IMG/VR virus record: IMGVR_UViG_3300021086_000008
Location: 1-42,558 of that record
Length of the DNA: 42,558 bases
Source: a virus
Taxonomy: Duplodnaviria > Caudoviricetes
Direction: 5' to 3' (one strand)
A program made the translations under genes and the position numbers. Below, one piece after another: positions 1-8,097 of the stretch; position 1 is the first letter of the stretch; every line of letters begins with the position of its first letter. The notes under the pieces are model-generated. The model made no database searches and was not told the DNA's origin. It worked only from the letters and a program-made list of their open reading frames with translations.

Positions 1-137
1 CGGCGTAACGCATGCTTTCTACCTGGTACTCGGCAGAGTCAGGCAGCGGCCCGAAGTACTGGAATAGGCCCTTAGCGTCAGGGTCGATCTTCGGCAGATC
101 GTTTGGCATGGAGAACGACAGGAAGCTCACGGGGTCG
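1..137. repeat. Terminal direct repeat, left copy (assembly overlap of a circular/permuted genome)
   Basis: 1-137 matches 42422-42558 except at positions 6 (T vs C) and 133 (G vs A); an ORF reads across the junction. Confidence 0.95.
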
Positions 138-361
138 CGACCATTGATCGGCGCGTTGAACGGCGAATAGAGTTTCAGCCATGGCCCGTATTGCCCGGTC
201 GGATTGCCGGCGGCGTCACGCACGATGTGAATCTCAATATGATCCATCCTGTGTGACCAATTGGGCTGACGAACACGCGAGATACCGAGGGCGGCGCATT
301 CCTTGAGGGACATTAGTTGCGGCTCCAATTCGGCAACGGTCTTTTTGCGCTTAGTCGCCAT
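1..361 (-). CDS. Hypothetical 133-aa protein spanning the circular junction (361 to 1, continues 42421 to 42381)
   Basis: Manual translation MATKRKKTVAELEPQ...GPWLKLYSPFN...YAEGWGRSTNRGGVK*; 402 nt in frame after circularisation; its stop overlaps the next GTG. Confidence 0.75.
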   Translation of the reverse strand, partial: MATKRKKTVAELEPQLMSLKECAALGISRVRQPNWSHRMDHIEIHIVRDAAGNPTGQYGPWLKLYSPFNAPINGRDPVSFLSFSMPNDLPKIDPDAKGLFQYFGPLPDSAEYQVESMRYA

Positions 362-527
362 GCTCACCCCTTCCATCGGCAGTTGGTCGAACCGTTCCGC
401 CGCAGACTGTTTTGAACGGGCGTCCGTTGGGCGTCGGAATCGTGCAGTAGAAATGCGCGAGCGGTTCCTCGCCTTCCTCAAAGTCGTGCACCGCATCGCA
501 GCGGTCGCATATCCACTGCTGCGTCAC
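351..527 (-). CDS. Small Cys-containing (zinc-ribbon-like) hypothetical protein
   Basis: GTG start overlapping upstream TGA; WICDRC...YC...VCGG. Confidence 0.55.
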   Translation of the reverse strand: MTQQWICDRCDAVHDFEEGEEPLAHFYCTIPTPNGRPFKTVCGGTVRPTADGRGEHGD

Positions 528-694
528 GTGCCGAACTCCGGTGCCCAAGAGTCTTTCTTGGCGGCAGCCTTCTCGCGCAACTCCGTGATGTACTTGTAAA
601 TCTGCCACTCTGCGCGCTTCAATGTCACGGTCGTTTTCCGCTTATTGCACAACGTGCCGTTGGTTATATTGATCACGGTTTCGGCAGAGATCAT
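524..694 (-). CDS. Hypothetical 56-aa protein
   Basis: Manual translation MISAETVINITNG...APEFGT*; 4-nt overlaps with both neighbours. Confidence 0.5.
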   Translation of the reverse strand: MISAETVINITNGTLCNKRKTTVTLKRAEWQIYKYITELREKAAAKKDSWAPEFGT

Positions 695-1032
695 GGTGCC
701 TTTCCTTCTGTGTCGACAGCAGCCATCGCTTGCTCAATAGATTTCTGTAGCAGTTTCAAGGTGCGCGTGGGATCTGGATCGATAAACTGCATCGTTCTGC
801 CATCGTCAAGCTTTACCAGCGGCGGCGGAAGGCACAGCGTTATTGCGCTGAGAATCTTAACGAGCCGTTCGTTTTGTGCCGCGAGCGCGTCCCGATGCCG
901 CATATAGTGCACCGCAGTTTCATGGGCACGCGCGAGTTGACGTGATAGCGTCCGCAGGTCGTCGTCGGGATCGGCCATAGGTTCGTCAAGCAACCGGTCG
1001 GCCAAGGCCAAAGCTTCGTTTAACTCACTCAT
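691..1032 (-). CDS. Hypothetical protein
   Basis: ORF track 691-1062; likely start MSELNEALAL; coupled to neighbours. Confidence 0.65.
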   Translation of the reverse strand: MSELNEALALADRLLDEPMADPDDDLRTLSRQLARAHETAVHYMRHRDALAAQNERLVKILSAITLCLPPPLVKLDDGRTMQFIDPDPTRTLKLLQKSIEQAMAAVDTEGKAP

Positions 1033-1174
1033 GCTTGGCCCCGGATGTAGCCTGTTGGTCAAAGTGCTTGCGCATCTTGGCGATAATCAACTCTAGCCCC
1101 TCGAAATCCTCGATGGAGTTCACCATCACTTGATGGTCAACGCCAGGGCCGGTGATGCGGACGACGTAGTTCAT
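1025..1174 (-). CDS. Hypothetical 49-aa protein
   Basis: Manual translation MNYVVRITGPGVDHQV...GAKHE*; coupled overlaps. Confidence 0.5.
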   Translation of the reverse strand: MNYVVRITGPGVDHQVMVNSIEDFEGLELIIAKMRKHFDQQATSGAKHE

Positions 1175-1314
1175 GGCTTAGGCGCTGTCGGTGGTGGCTG
1201 CGGCACGTCAAAACCTCCGCAGCGAACGCATATCGTGCGGCCCATCAAAGTAGGCCGCGGGAGTGAGCCGCAACGCGGGCAGCGCGCAATCGTCACAGGA
1301 TCAATATCGCTCAT
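1171..1314 (-). CDS. Small zinc-ribbon protein
   Basis: MSDIDPVTIARCPRCG...ICVRCGG, two CxxC motifs; ATGA overlaps. Confidence 0.5.
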   Translation of the reverse strand: MSDIDPVTIARCPRCGSLPRPTLMGRTICVRCGGFDVPQPPPTAPKP

Positions 1315-1621
1315 TTGTCCGCTCCTGAAGTAGATTGTGCCGCCCGCCATATCTCCATCTCCTGCGGATCGGCGCTGTATGCAAGCATACGACCCTGCCG
1401 AACCACCGTCAGGTAGGGGACAGCCAAGCTATCGCCAGTGCTAAAATCGCCTTGGCTTCAGCGAGCTTAATGATATTGATGGGCATCACGGATTTCCTCC
1501 CTCATTCACTTTGGTCGATTCGCGATAATCACCGCGAGACACACCATCATGCCAATAATGCATATGGATGCTATCCACTTGTAAACGGCGAAATAAGTAT
1601 CAAGATCCATCCTTCTCTTCC

Positions 1622-1852
1622 TCACCCGGACGGATATTTATCGCCGCACATCGGACAGTAGGTCGCGAACACTCGCATCGGTCCCTTGCGCTTCTTGGTA
1701 TCAATGCGCTTGGTCGGCACTACCATGCGGCGTTCAAAATTGCCGGTCTTCATGTTGATGGTGTCGCACAAATCGACCGCAGTGTTGTGCTCTCTAAGCA
1801 GCCTGTTCACCTTGGTAAAGCAATCACAGCCGAGGGCAACGTCACCGCTCAT
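1622..1852 (-). CDS. Small Cys-rich phage protein
   Basis: CDC...YCPMCG motif typical of small phage zinc-binding proteins. Confidence 0.65.
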   Translation of the reverse strand: MSGDVALGCDCFTKVNRLLREHNTAVDLCDTINMKTGNFERRMVVPTKRIDTKKRKGPMRVFATYCPMCGDKYPSG

Positions 1853-2020
1853 GGTTTCACTTCCTCACTCAACACGCGCCCGTCCTGTCTTCGATGACGC
1901 GCTCTATTAGCTCCTGAATTGCACCCGCAAGCTCCAGCGACGCTGGCCGCTGATCTTCGCGACCAGCCATTAACTGCTCAGCTATCACGTCGGCTAAATC
2001 GGTCATCGCTTCCCATGCAC

Positions 2021-2473
2021 TCATTCGACACCTCCCTCACTCGGGGCGAACCAACCAATCGACAGCGGAACGGCGAGTAACCACAGATGGCGCATGTTGG
2101 CCACGTTCACGATGTCACGCTCGCGCGGATAGATTTCCATCGCATACCAGTCGCCAAATCCGCACTGGCGTTTAGCTTCCATCAACTCATCCCATTCGAG
2201 ATTCGCTTCCCACATGCCGTCATTCTGCAAAGTGACGCGACAGATGCTCAGGCGTCGTGTATCGATGCCCTGGAACGGCGTGACATCGTATAGCTGGCAT
2301 AGATACTTGCGGCTCTCCCACGCCTGCGTCGGCGCTTCTGGATTGTTTTTGTAGTTCACCGGCCAACGTATGTAAGGGATCGGCGTGAGCTTTGCCGGGC
2401 GCTTCGACGCTTCCTCCCTTGCGAAGATCGACATAGCTCTGCGCTCCCGGCGGCTCAAGTGTTCGTAGGCCAT
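2021..2473 (-). CDS. Conserved phage hypothetical protein (DUF7694-like)
   Basis: Motif W.EL...K..CGFGDWYAMEIYP....VNVANMRHLW; AGGAAAG/GGAG RBS. Confidence 0.75.
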   Translation of the reverse strand: MAYEHLSRRERRAMSIFAREEASKRPAKLTPIPYIRWPVNYKNNPEAPTQAWESRKYLCQLYDVTPFQGIDTRRLSICRVTLQNDGMWEANLEWDELMEAKRQCGFGDWYAMEIYPRERDIVNVANMRHLWLLAVPLSIGWFAPSEGGVE

Positions 2474-2500
2474 TACTTTCCTCCCCGATCAGATTCGTAG

Positions 2501-2965
2501 TTAGCCACCACATTGATCCCGATATTGCTGCGCATCCGTTTCCGCCTTCCACCGCGAGCATTCTGGTTGGTGAAAGCCGAGGATGGTTTTGCATTCTGGG
2601 CAAACGCTGCATTGCTCTTCTGGCGTTTCCAGTGCTAAGTACTTGGACCGACACGTGTCTAGGTGCGGCATACCCACAGGTGCGGCGCACGTGCAATTCG
2701 TTTCCGGTGCTGTCAGAGCGGCCCTAGCTCTCAGCAATACGGGATTTATGCGAGAGCCACTCGTAAATACCTTGCCAATCTCTGCGGCTTCGACCATGTC
2801 CCGCAGCGCCGCCTCCAATTCGCGGATGCGGTCGGTGAGGTTCGACTTAAACTCATGTCGCTCTTTCAATGCGGCCAGCTCGGCGGCGAGGATATCGTAG
2901 TCTTTCGCCAGCACGACTTCGTGGTGACCTTCTGGCGCATTGCACCAGGTATATCGTTTAACCAT
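2501..2965 (-). CDS. Hypothetical early protein with coiled coil and Cys/His-rich tail
   Basis: ORF; V.A.DYD..AAELAALK motif shared with upstream gene. Confidence 0.65.
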   Translation of the reverse strand: MVKRYTWCNAPEGHHEVVLAKDYDILAAELAALKERHEFKSNLTDRIRELEAALRDMVEAAEIGKVFTSGSRINPVLLRARAALTAPETNCTCAAPVGMPHLDTCRSKYLALETPEEQCSVCPECKTILGFHQPECSRWKAETDAQQYRDQCGG

Positions 2966-3254
2966 GTTCATCTGACATTCCACCCAGTACAAGCCGACGA
3001 GCCTTCGTAAGTTTTGCCGACTCAGTGGGATGAGGATAACGTCCCACCATATCGATCAAGTCCCACAGCGATGCCTCTAGCGCCTTCTTTTCTTCCCACA
3101 CACGCTGATGCTCTCGTCTTAACCCGGCCAAGTCAGCGGCGGTAGCATCGTAGTCTTCGGCGCGGACCCATTCGCCGTACTCGTCCTTCATGCTGAGCGC
3201 ATCATATGGGTGACCGAAGCCATCCTTTCCGTAGCACCGATATTTATCAGCCAT
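2958..3254 (-). CDS. Hypothetical early protein
   Basis: GEWVRAEDYDA motif common in phage accessory proteins; 8-nt overlaps. Confidence 0.65.
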   Translation of the reverse strand: MADKYRCYGKDGFGHPYDALSMKDEYGEWVRAEDYDATAADLAGLRREHQRVWEEKKALEASLWDLIDMVGRYPHPTESAKLTKARRLVLGGMSDEHG

Positions 3255-3504
3255 GTTCATCTCTTCTTTGCGAGGTGAAGTCTCGTGCTATTTGCTCTGG
3301 ATCTTCCGACTTGCGATGCGAGCCGATAACGCCGACGACGTGCCAGAAGACCGCCGTTTGGCCGTTGCTGTAGGGTCCATATTCGTTGAGGATTTCTTGG
3401 AGCCTCGCGCAGTCGATGGGCTTGAGCGCAAACGACGGAACGGCGTCGTCGGCGGCCAATGGCCGGTCGCCTTCGCTGCCAAGTAACTCACGATCATCAG
3501 CCAT
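3247..3504 (-). CDS. Hypothetical protein
   Basis: ORF track; coupled to downstream gene. Confidence 0.5.
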   Translation of the reverse strand: MADDRELLGSEGDRPLAADDAVPSFALKPIDCARLQEILNEYGPYSNGQTAVFWHVVGVIGSHRKSEDPEQIARDFTSQRRDEHG

Positions 3505-3568
3505 GACGCACCTCGTTCCTCGTAAAAGGCGATAGCAGCTTTGATTTCTCGCATTGCCTCTTCATCAG

Positions 3569-3817
3569 TCATCCACGCAAACGCTCAATCTCTTCTCCGG
3601 CCGCAACCAGTTGGTTCTCAAGCAGTTTGTTTTCCTCATGCAATTTCGCAATCACCGGATCGTATATTTCTTCTGTCGCAGTGGTGTAATCGCCAGCGTG
3701 CGCCTTGGCGTACGCCAACATTTTTTCGCGTAGATCGTCCAAGTGTTCAGCTAGATCACTGGCCGCCTCTGCGCCGGGCCCATAGAGTTCGTCAATCGTT
3801 GGAACGTCTCGACTCAT
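3569..3817 (-). CDS. Hypothetical protein
   Basis: ORF with GGAG RBS and ATGA overlaps; acidic coiled coil. Confidence 0.6.
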   Translation of the reverse strand: MSRDVPTIDELYGPGAEAASDLAEHLDDLREKMLAYAKAHAGDYTTATEEIYDPVIAKLHEENKLLENQLVAAGEEIERLRG

Positions 3818-4044
3818 TTGGTTACTCCCTTTGCAGTCGCGCGCCGCCGATCTTCGGACAAGATGTATTCCCTCATCTCCGCCAGGTTGGTTTCCTTGGT
3901 GCGCAGCAATCCGAGTTTCAGGCCAGACGCGATGCCAGCGTAGAAGGCTTTCTTCATCTCTGAAACCTGCTCGGCTGGCGCTTTCGGCGCCATATCTTTG
4001 CCGACAAAATCAATCCACTCGGATGCGATCGTTGCCTTATCCAT
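3814..4044 (-). CDS. Hypothetical phage protein
   Basis: Q..EMKKAFYAG motif seen in small phage proteins; coupled. Confidence 0.65.
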   Translation of the reverse strand: MDKATIASEWIDFVGKDMAPKAPAEQVSEMKKAFYAGIASGLKLGLLRTKETNLAEMREYILSEDRRRATAKGVTK

Positions 4045-4429
4045 GCTCTTTTTCCTTTGCAGAGGCAGAGCTTAGCCACGCATTGACGCGCCGATACTTC
4101 TCGGGGGTATCGTGGCCGTCCCATTCAATCGTGATTTCCGGCAGGTCGGCGAACATCCATGCATGCGAATCGTGGTAGTGCCATGAGACTTGTCCAGTCG
4201 GCAGGTCGATGTAGACGCAGCCGTTCCAGTCCGGCGACCAGCCCTCAATCGCCGTGGGGCAGCGCGCGGCCAAGCCACCCATCTCGATCACCATACGAGC
4301 GATCAGGGCGACGCATTGATTACGCTCCTCATAGGCACCGTCCTTCACTGCGCTGAGACTACGAATCTCGGCCTCGCATTCGCTCAGCGCCCGATTCTTG
4401 CTTTCCATGTTGTATGCCTCAAAGCTCAT
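4037..4429 (-). CDS. WDGH-motif phage protein
   Basis: YIDLPTGQVSWH...WDGH.T.EKY.R signature. Confidence 0.75.
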   Translation of the reverse strand: MSFEAYNMESKNRALSECEAEIRSLSAVKDGAYEERNQCVALIARMVIEMGGLAARCPTAIEGWSPDWNGCVYIDLPTGQVSWHYHDSHAWMFADLPEITIEWDGHDTPEKYRRVNAWLSSASAKEKEHG

Positions 4430-4706
4430 GTTTCGCTTCTTTTCCCGATTCAGAGTGCGCAGTGGCAATTGATGTGACTATCGCGTCGAGTATCTGCCCT
4501 GGTGTCAAGACATCCACGCTCGGATGAGTGCGGAACTTTTCCAAGTGCGCTACCAGTTTCACCAGGAACTCGCTGCGATAATCGCGCCCCAACTGCTGTT
4601 CGATCTCAGCGGCGTATTGACCGCACGCCGCCGCAGTAAGCCCGCTCAGGTCATAGGCGTTACGCAGCACGCGCTGTAAATGGGCGAGCAGTTCGCGGTG
4701 TCTCAC
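4419..4706 (-). CDS. Hypothetical protein
   Basis: Likely GTG start overlapping upstream TGA (MRHRELLAHL...). Confidence 0.55.
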   Translation of the reverse strand: MRHRELLAHLQRVLRNAYDLSGLTAAACGQYAAEIEQQLGRDYRSEFLVKLVAHLEKFRTHPSVDVLTPGQILDAIVTSIATAHSESGKEAKHEL

Positions 4707-5008
4707 AATTCGATTTCCTGTCGCTGCGAAAGGGCCAACAAAGTCCGTAAAACCCCCTCCGCATGCGCCAGCCTGATCTGGTCGCGTGAGGGGCCGTGCT
4801 GCATCTTCTCGCGGCCGTCGCAAATGGAGTGACAGTGCATGCAGCCCCACGCGCCCAGCCACGATTGCGGCTTGATCCCAACACCGGCGCCGAGACTGAT
4901 CGAGCGGTAGTGGCACAGGACGACGGTCTCTGAGTCGGCTAGACAACCTGGCAATCTAATCATGCAGGACTGGCCGCGCGCGAGCTTGGTGTAGCGGTCC
5001 TGACTCAT
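4703..5008 (-). CDS. DUF1364/YbcO-like putative nuclease
   Basis: ARGQSCMIRLPGC...ETVVLCHYR...G.KP...AWGC..CH..CDGR signature. Confidence 0.85.
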   Translation of the reverse strand: MSQDRYTKLARGQSCMIRLPGCLADSETVVLCHYRSISLGAGVGIKPQSWLGAWGCMHCHSICDGREKMQHGPSRDQIRLAHAEGVLRTLLALSQRQEIEL

Positions 5009-5475
5009 GCGGCCTCTTCTTCGCGATGCATCGCATAGTCCGGATCCGGGTCGGGAATGAACACGCCCTTGGACGCTGCGAAACGTTGGCAGAAAGCCAC
5101 ATAATCAGCAAACTCAAGCTTGCCCAGCACCGAGCGCTTCCCATCGGCGTTAGTCGTGGTCGTGCGGACCGGCACGCTCTCGATCCCCAGGGGGTTGCTC
5201 GGCTTCTTCGGCACCTTTTTATCCTTCCAGCCGAAATATGTCCCGCACAGAAACTCACTCACCTCTATGCGTTCGTAGCCGATCGCGTCCCCAAGAATCT
5301 TGTAGCAGACACCATTTAGGTAGCGGCACTGAGCGTCGCTGCGGGATGCCTTGTGCTCGGCCACGGAAACCCGCCAGGCGCGGTCCTGCGAGAGTCCCTT
5401 CAAGATGGTCGCAATGCGCTCGATCGCCCGGTCTCGGACCATCAGGCGCGGCAGGACGACGGATTGCTCAGCCAT
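5005..5475 (-). CDS. ninB: NinB-like recombination protein
   Basis: W.V.V.E....RS.AQ..YL pattern; next to bet and DUF1364. Confidence 0.7.
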   Translation of the reverse strand: MAEQSVVLPRLMVRDRAIERIATILKGLSQDRAWRVSVAEHKASRSDAQCRYLNGVCYKILGDAIGYERIEVSEFLCGTYFGWKDKKVPKKPSNPLGIESVPVRTTTTNADGKRSVLGKLEFADYVAFCQRFAASKGVFIPDPDPDYAMHREEEAA

Positions 5476-6277
5476 TGACCGGCGCCTGGATCTTCAGGTA
5501 TTCACGGAATTTCGCCTTGGTAATGATCTTCTCACTCGCGAGCCGATCGAACACGACTTGGAACAGGTCGGGGAAGTGGCTCAGCGCGGCGTTGACCTCG
5601 CGTAGATCCTCGGCGATCTGATATTCTTCTTTGTCCTGGTTCAAAATGTCGGTGATGTCGAAAATCCAGCGGTCGACGATCTTCGGATCCACTTCGGACG
5701 TATCCATGCGCGGCCCTAAATCGGCCGGGGTCACCTCGACAATCCGCTCCGCTTCGTCTTGGTCAAAGATGCCCGCGAAACCGAACGCTAAGCGTGCGCA
5801 CTGGATCATCGCCTTATGCCTTAGCATCCGGCGGGGATGGGACTTCCAAGGCCCTACATCGCGCACGCATTCGTCGTAATACTCCTTGACCTTGATTGCA
5901 TGGGAGCGGTCTTTGCGGTGAATGGCGCACTCGATCCATGTGGGAATGCTCTTGCCGTTCAATTCACCTTCCGCGAAGTCCATCCCATCGAATTCAGGAT
6001 TCGTGTTGATGATGCGCGACCAGCCATCCACTCCGACTACCGGGACAATTGCCCCGCCCTGAGCTGGGAAGGCATAGATTTCCTTGGTCCAGGGGTTCAA
6101 ACCGTATTGATCGGCGACCACCAGAAGCGCCATCATCTGCTCATTCGAGACGTTGCCCTTGAAGCAAGTCTCCTTGAGCGTGTGGAGCATCTTGTCGGCA
6201 TCGACACCGTAGCGCTCGCTCATGCGCACCAGGACCGAGGTCGATGCTTTGGGGACAGACTTGACTATCGCGTTCAT
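5468..6277 (-). CDS. bet: Single-strand annealing recombinase, Bet/RecT family
   Basis: QYGLNPWTKEIYAFP...VPVVGVDGW...PWKSHPRRMLRHKAMIQCARLAFGFAGIFDQDEAERI, close to lambda Bet. Confidence 0.95.
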   Translation of the reverse strand: MNAIVKSVPKASTSVLVRMSERYGVDADKMLHTLKETCFKGNVSNEQMMALLVVADQYGLNPWTKEIYAFPAQGGAIVPVVGVDGWSRIINTNPEFDGMDFAEGELNGKSIPTWIECAIHRKDRSHAIKVKEYYDECVRDVGPWKSHPRRMLRHKAMIQCARLAFGFAGIFDQDEAERIVEVTPADLGPRMDTSEVDPKIVDRWIFDITDILNQDKEEYQIAEDLREVNAALSHFPDLFQVVFDRLASEKIITKAKFREYLKIQAPVNG

Positions 6278-6284
6278 AAAATCC

Positions 6285-6467
6285 TCACAATTTGGTCAAC
6301 AGCGTTCGTGCCGCATGCAACGCATCGATCAGCTTGTACAGGTCCGGCGCCGCTTCCATAATCAGCCTCAAGGCGGCTATCGCTTGATCGCGCTCGAGCT
6401 TGATGCGCATGGCGACAGCGACCAGGCCTTCGACGGAATCATGCGCGCCTTGGAAATCAGTACCCAT
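6285..6467 (-). CDS. Hypothetical protein
   Basis: ORF track; AAPDLY motif; TAATG coupling. Confidence 0.55.
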   Translation of the reverse strand: MGTDFQGAHDSVEGLVAVAMRIKLERDQAIAALRLIMEAAPDLYKLIDALHAARTLLTKL

Positions 6468-6652
6468 TATTCTGCCTGCTTTCGAAAGAACATCTCACCG
6501 CTCGGCGCATTCGGCATGGCCGCCTCCAATGCGCGAATGGCGTGATAGAGCCCGGTCTTGGCTACCGCTCGCTCGAAATCCGTCGATGCGCAGCGCACGG
6601 CATCGCGGGCAAAGCGCACGGCCATGATGGCGGTCTGTTCGTCGAGAGTCAT
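6467..6652 (-). CDS. Hypothetical protein
   Basis: ORF track; ATGA coupling. Confidence 0.55.
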   Translation of the reverse strand: MTLDEQTAIMAVRFARDAVRCASTDFERAVAKTGLYHAIRALEAAMPNAPSGEMFFRKQAE

Positions 6653-6861
6653 AGCCGCCAATCCTTGGTTACTGCCTTGAAGGAACCCATGCAGTAACGA
6701 TTGATGTTCTCGTTGCGGATTCGCAAATCCCGCTTATCCTGCCATGCACTGAATAGGCGCCAGACGTGTGATACAACCACGTATACGATCAGGGCAACGG
6801 CGCACATGCCTATCACGATCACCAGACCGAGCAGGAAGACGCTGGCAGCGCGATTGCTCAT
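6649..6861 (-). CDS. Small membrane protein
   Basis: Hydrophobic stretch VFLLGLVIVIGMCAVALIVYVVV; ATGA coupling. Confidence 0.6.
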   Translation of the reverse strand: MSNRAASVFLLGLVIVIGMCAVALIVYVVVSHVWRLFSAWQDKRDLRIRNENINRYCMGSFKAVTKDWRL

Positions 6862-7115
6862 GGCAGATCCTTTGCGCAAAACCGGCAGTAGCCCTTGGTG
6901 GGGTGCGGATCGTGGCCAATCAAAGTGCACGACGGTCGGCAGATCGCTAACATTAGATCGTGCAGTTCGTCGGCGCGGGCTTCCGCGGCCTCATGGCGGC
7001 GATCGGCGGCGAGTTCGTCTGCGAGACGCTCGGCTTCGCGTTCTTCAGGTCCGTCTGCGCTCATCGCGCATCGCTCAAGCAGTACGGCGCGGATCTGTCG
7101 TTTAGCTTGCTTCAT
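6858..7115 (-). CDS. First gene of the leftward early operon, hypothetical with a C-terminal Cys/His cluster
   Basis: AGGAG RBS at 7121-7125; C..IGH......C..C. Confidence 0.65.
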   Translation of the reverse strand: MKQAKRQIRAVLLERCAMSADGPEEREAERLADELAADRRHEAAEARADELHDLMLAICRPSCTLIGHDPHPTKGYCRFCAKDLP

Positions 7116-7154
7116 CTTCGCTCCTGTGGTGTGTCTGAGAAACCAATGGACGTC

Positions 7155-7260
7155 AGTAAACACCATGTATTACAGAAAGTCAACGGTACGTTTAAATATT
7201 ATGTGATTTAATTCTGGCGTACCGGTTGACTTTTGTAAACATAGGGTTGAAGATGCGCGC
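7155..7260. promoter_or_regulatory. Back-to-back divergent promoters (pL/pR-like) with putative operators
   Basis: Rightward TTGACT 7226-7231, 17 bp, GAAGAT 7249-7254; leftward TTGACT 7183-7178, 17 bp, TTTACT; AT-rich; imperfect inverted repeat 7170-7190/7218-7238; TAAAYA half-sites at 7157, 7193 and 7236. Confidence 0.7.
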
Positions 7261-7497
7261 ATGACGAAGTCCGAAACCAAACGACTCATTAGCGCCGTAG
7301 GCGGCGATACCGCATTTGCTCGCCTGCTGGGTATCCAAAAGCAGGTTGGCGCTGTGCAGCGCATCAATAATTGGAAGCGCCGCGGTATGCCGGCAGCGGT
7401 TGAGTTGGAGCACTACGAAAAGATCCAGGAATTGAAAAGCCGGCTTTTGCGGCGTGGGATTTCACCGCCCCCGTCGTCCAATACAGCCGCGGCATGA
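7261..7497 (+). CDS. cro: Cro-like HTH repressor
   Basis: LISAVGG.TAFARLLGI...QRINNWKRRGMPA, a Cro/YdaS-type HTH; first gene of the rightward operon. Confidence 0.8.
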   Translation: MTKSETKRLISAVGGDTAFARLLGIQKQVGAVQRINNWKRRGMPAAVELEHYEKIQELKSRLLRRGISPPPSSNTAAA

Positions 7498-7769
7498 GCG
7501 ATCCCGATCAGGCCTCTTCTTGCGATGCACCAACATCGTGCATGCGTGCGTCCATCTACGCACATACACCAAAATCGTCTGTGCGTCACGCCGCACAACA
7601 GCAGAATGATGACGAACTGAACGATTACCTCATCGATCATTGCTATCGACTCATGAAGTCGGCGGTGACTGAGGATGCGCGACGTTATTGGGGTGAGCGG
7701 CTCGCGTATTACACGCGCCGTCGATTTTCAGAGGTTGAAACGAAAAAGGCCCTAGGAGTTGTTGCCTAG
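7494..7769 (+). CDS. Hypothetical protein (CII position)
   Basis: ATGA overlap with cro. Confidence 0.55.
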   Translation: MSDPDQASSCDAPTSCMRASIYAHTPKSSVRHAAQQQNDDELNDYLIDHCYRLMKSAVTEDARRYWGERLAYYTRRRFSEVETKKALGVVA

Positions 7770-8073
7770 GGCCCCTTCTGACTTCTTCGCGGGAGTCGGC
7801 CCGGTTACGTGGGCCTTAGCAAAGAAAAGTGTAACACGGTTGCATCTGGCCGACAAATTAGCTGCAAGGACTTGCGATGCAGCGCTTCGAGTGGCGCGAC
7901 CCTTCTGAGCCGGGTGATGAGGGGGGAAAACGTACCTATATGGACCAAGGGACCGTCAGGCCGCGGTGACATTGAATGTCGAATCGGCAGTACGACAGAA
8001 GCATTGCAGGGTAGGCCGGTGGTGTTACGCGATTTGAGGGGCATTTCCCAGTAGGGGTCCATGTCCACTCAAA
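7748..8073 (+). ncRNA. Putative structured non-coding element / replication origin region
   Basis: Longest non-coding stretch in a densely packed genome, with many hairpins and nested long-range pairings (see findings). Confidence 0.45.
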
Positions 8074-8097
8074 AGATTGTTTATGGGAGAAAGGTTT

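Noticed and set aside
7905-7932. Hammerhead-like words (TGATGA...GAAA)
   Set aside because: The core CTGANGA is not intact and I could not build the three required stems
7809-8054. 81-aa ORF across the structured region
   Set aside because: No RBS, not coupled to neighbours and no recognisable motif; base-pairing explains the region better, though coding is not excluded
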